Shown here piece after piece: positions 63,849 to 64,000 of a DNA stretch of 64,000 nucleotides (its first letter is position 1; each line of letters opens with the position of its first letter). The position numbers were made by a program, and so were the translations under genes. The notes beneath the pieces are model-generated. The model searched no databases. It saw only the letters and a list, made by a program, of their open reading frames with translations, and was not told the DNA's origin. The stretch covers positions 9,285-73,284 of the forward strand of contig JADLAV010000026.1 of NCBI GenBank assembly GCA_020848075.1. The letters are read 5' to 3'. The stretch is from Burkholderiales bacterium. GTDB lineage: Bacteria > Pseudomonadota > Gammaproteobacteria > Burkholderiales > SG8-39.

Positions 63849-64000
63849 GCAGTCGACGGGGCGACGGCGTCGGCGACGCTAACACCTGGCAGAGCGGCCG
63901 CAACACGCGGGGCGCTGTGCGGCGGGCGAAATCGCGCGAAAATGGCGGATCGCCGTCCGTTGCTCGCCTGCAGGACGTCCGACCGAACCGAAGGAAACCG

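Overview
This is a high-GC proteobacterial chromosomal segment. The phaC-phaA-phaB / phaP / phaR layout and the bamD-rluD-pgeF and prfB-lysS synteny are most consistent with a betaproteobacterium; that is inference only. About 60 tightly packed genes are present, and almost all are recognisable core or metabolic genes. In order they are: the 3' end of a CzcA-type RND pump; a Kv-type K+ channel; UspA; a GloB-like hydrolase; an amidohydrolase / NTF2-like / OYE trio; NadE; an Fe3+ ABC importer; an NlpC/P60 lipoprotein; a mini-secretin and a DinG/YoaA helicase; bamD-rluD-pgeF-ZIP; a large PHA cluster (phaC, phaA, two phaB, phasin, phaR, a second thiolase) interrupted by rimO; MarC; EamA; an enolase-like protein; lysS; prfB with its +1 frameshift; dsbB; selU; tesA-ybbA-ybbP; a double-length UvrA-like gene; a VanZ-like gene; rmuC; a moaA-fdhD-mobA-moeA operon; and, divergent from it, a periplasmic Cys-type formate dehydrogenase cluster with poorly characterised accessory genes. 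I saw no rRNA or tRNA genes, CRISPR arrays, transposases, integrases, prophage genes or recognisable defence systems, and no compositional island. I therefore cannot point to a clear new system. The best candidates for a second look are: the 1,9xx-codon tandem-UvrA gene; a full-length enolase homologue whose catalytic residues appear replaced; an orphan mini-secretin translationally coupled to a DinG-family helicase; the DUF3305/DUF3306/polyferredoxin/TorD/TAT-target module and two small exported proteins in the FDH cluster; a probable Moco riboswitch; a heptamer repeat array; and an unexplained structured intergenic region. All coordinates for motifs were counted by hand, and all homology calls come from reading the translations from memory of the families. 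None has been checked against a database.
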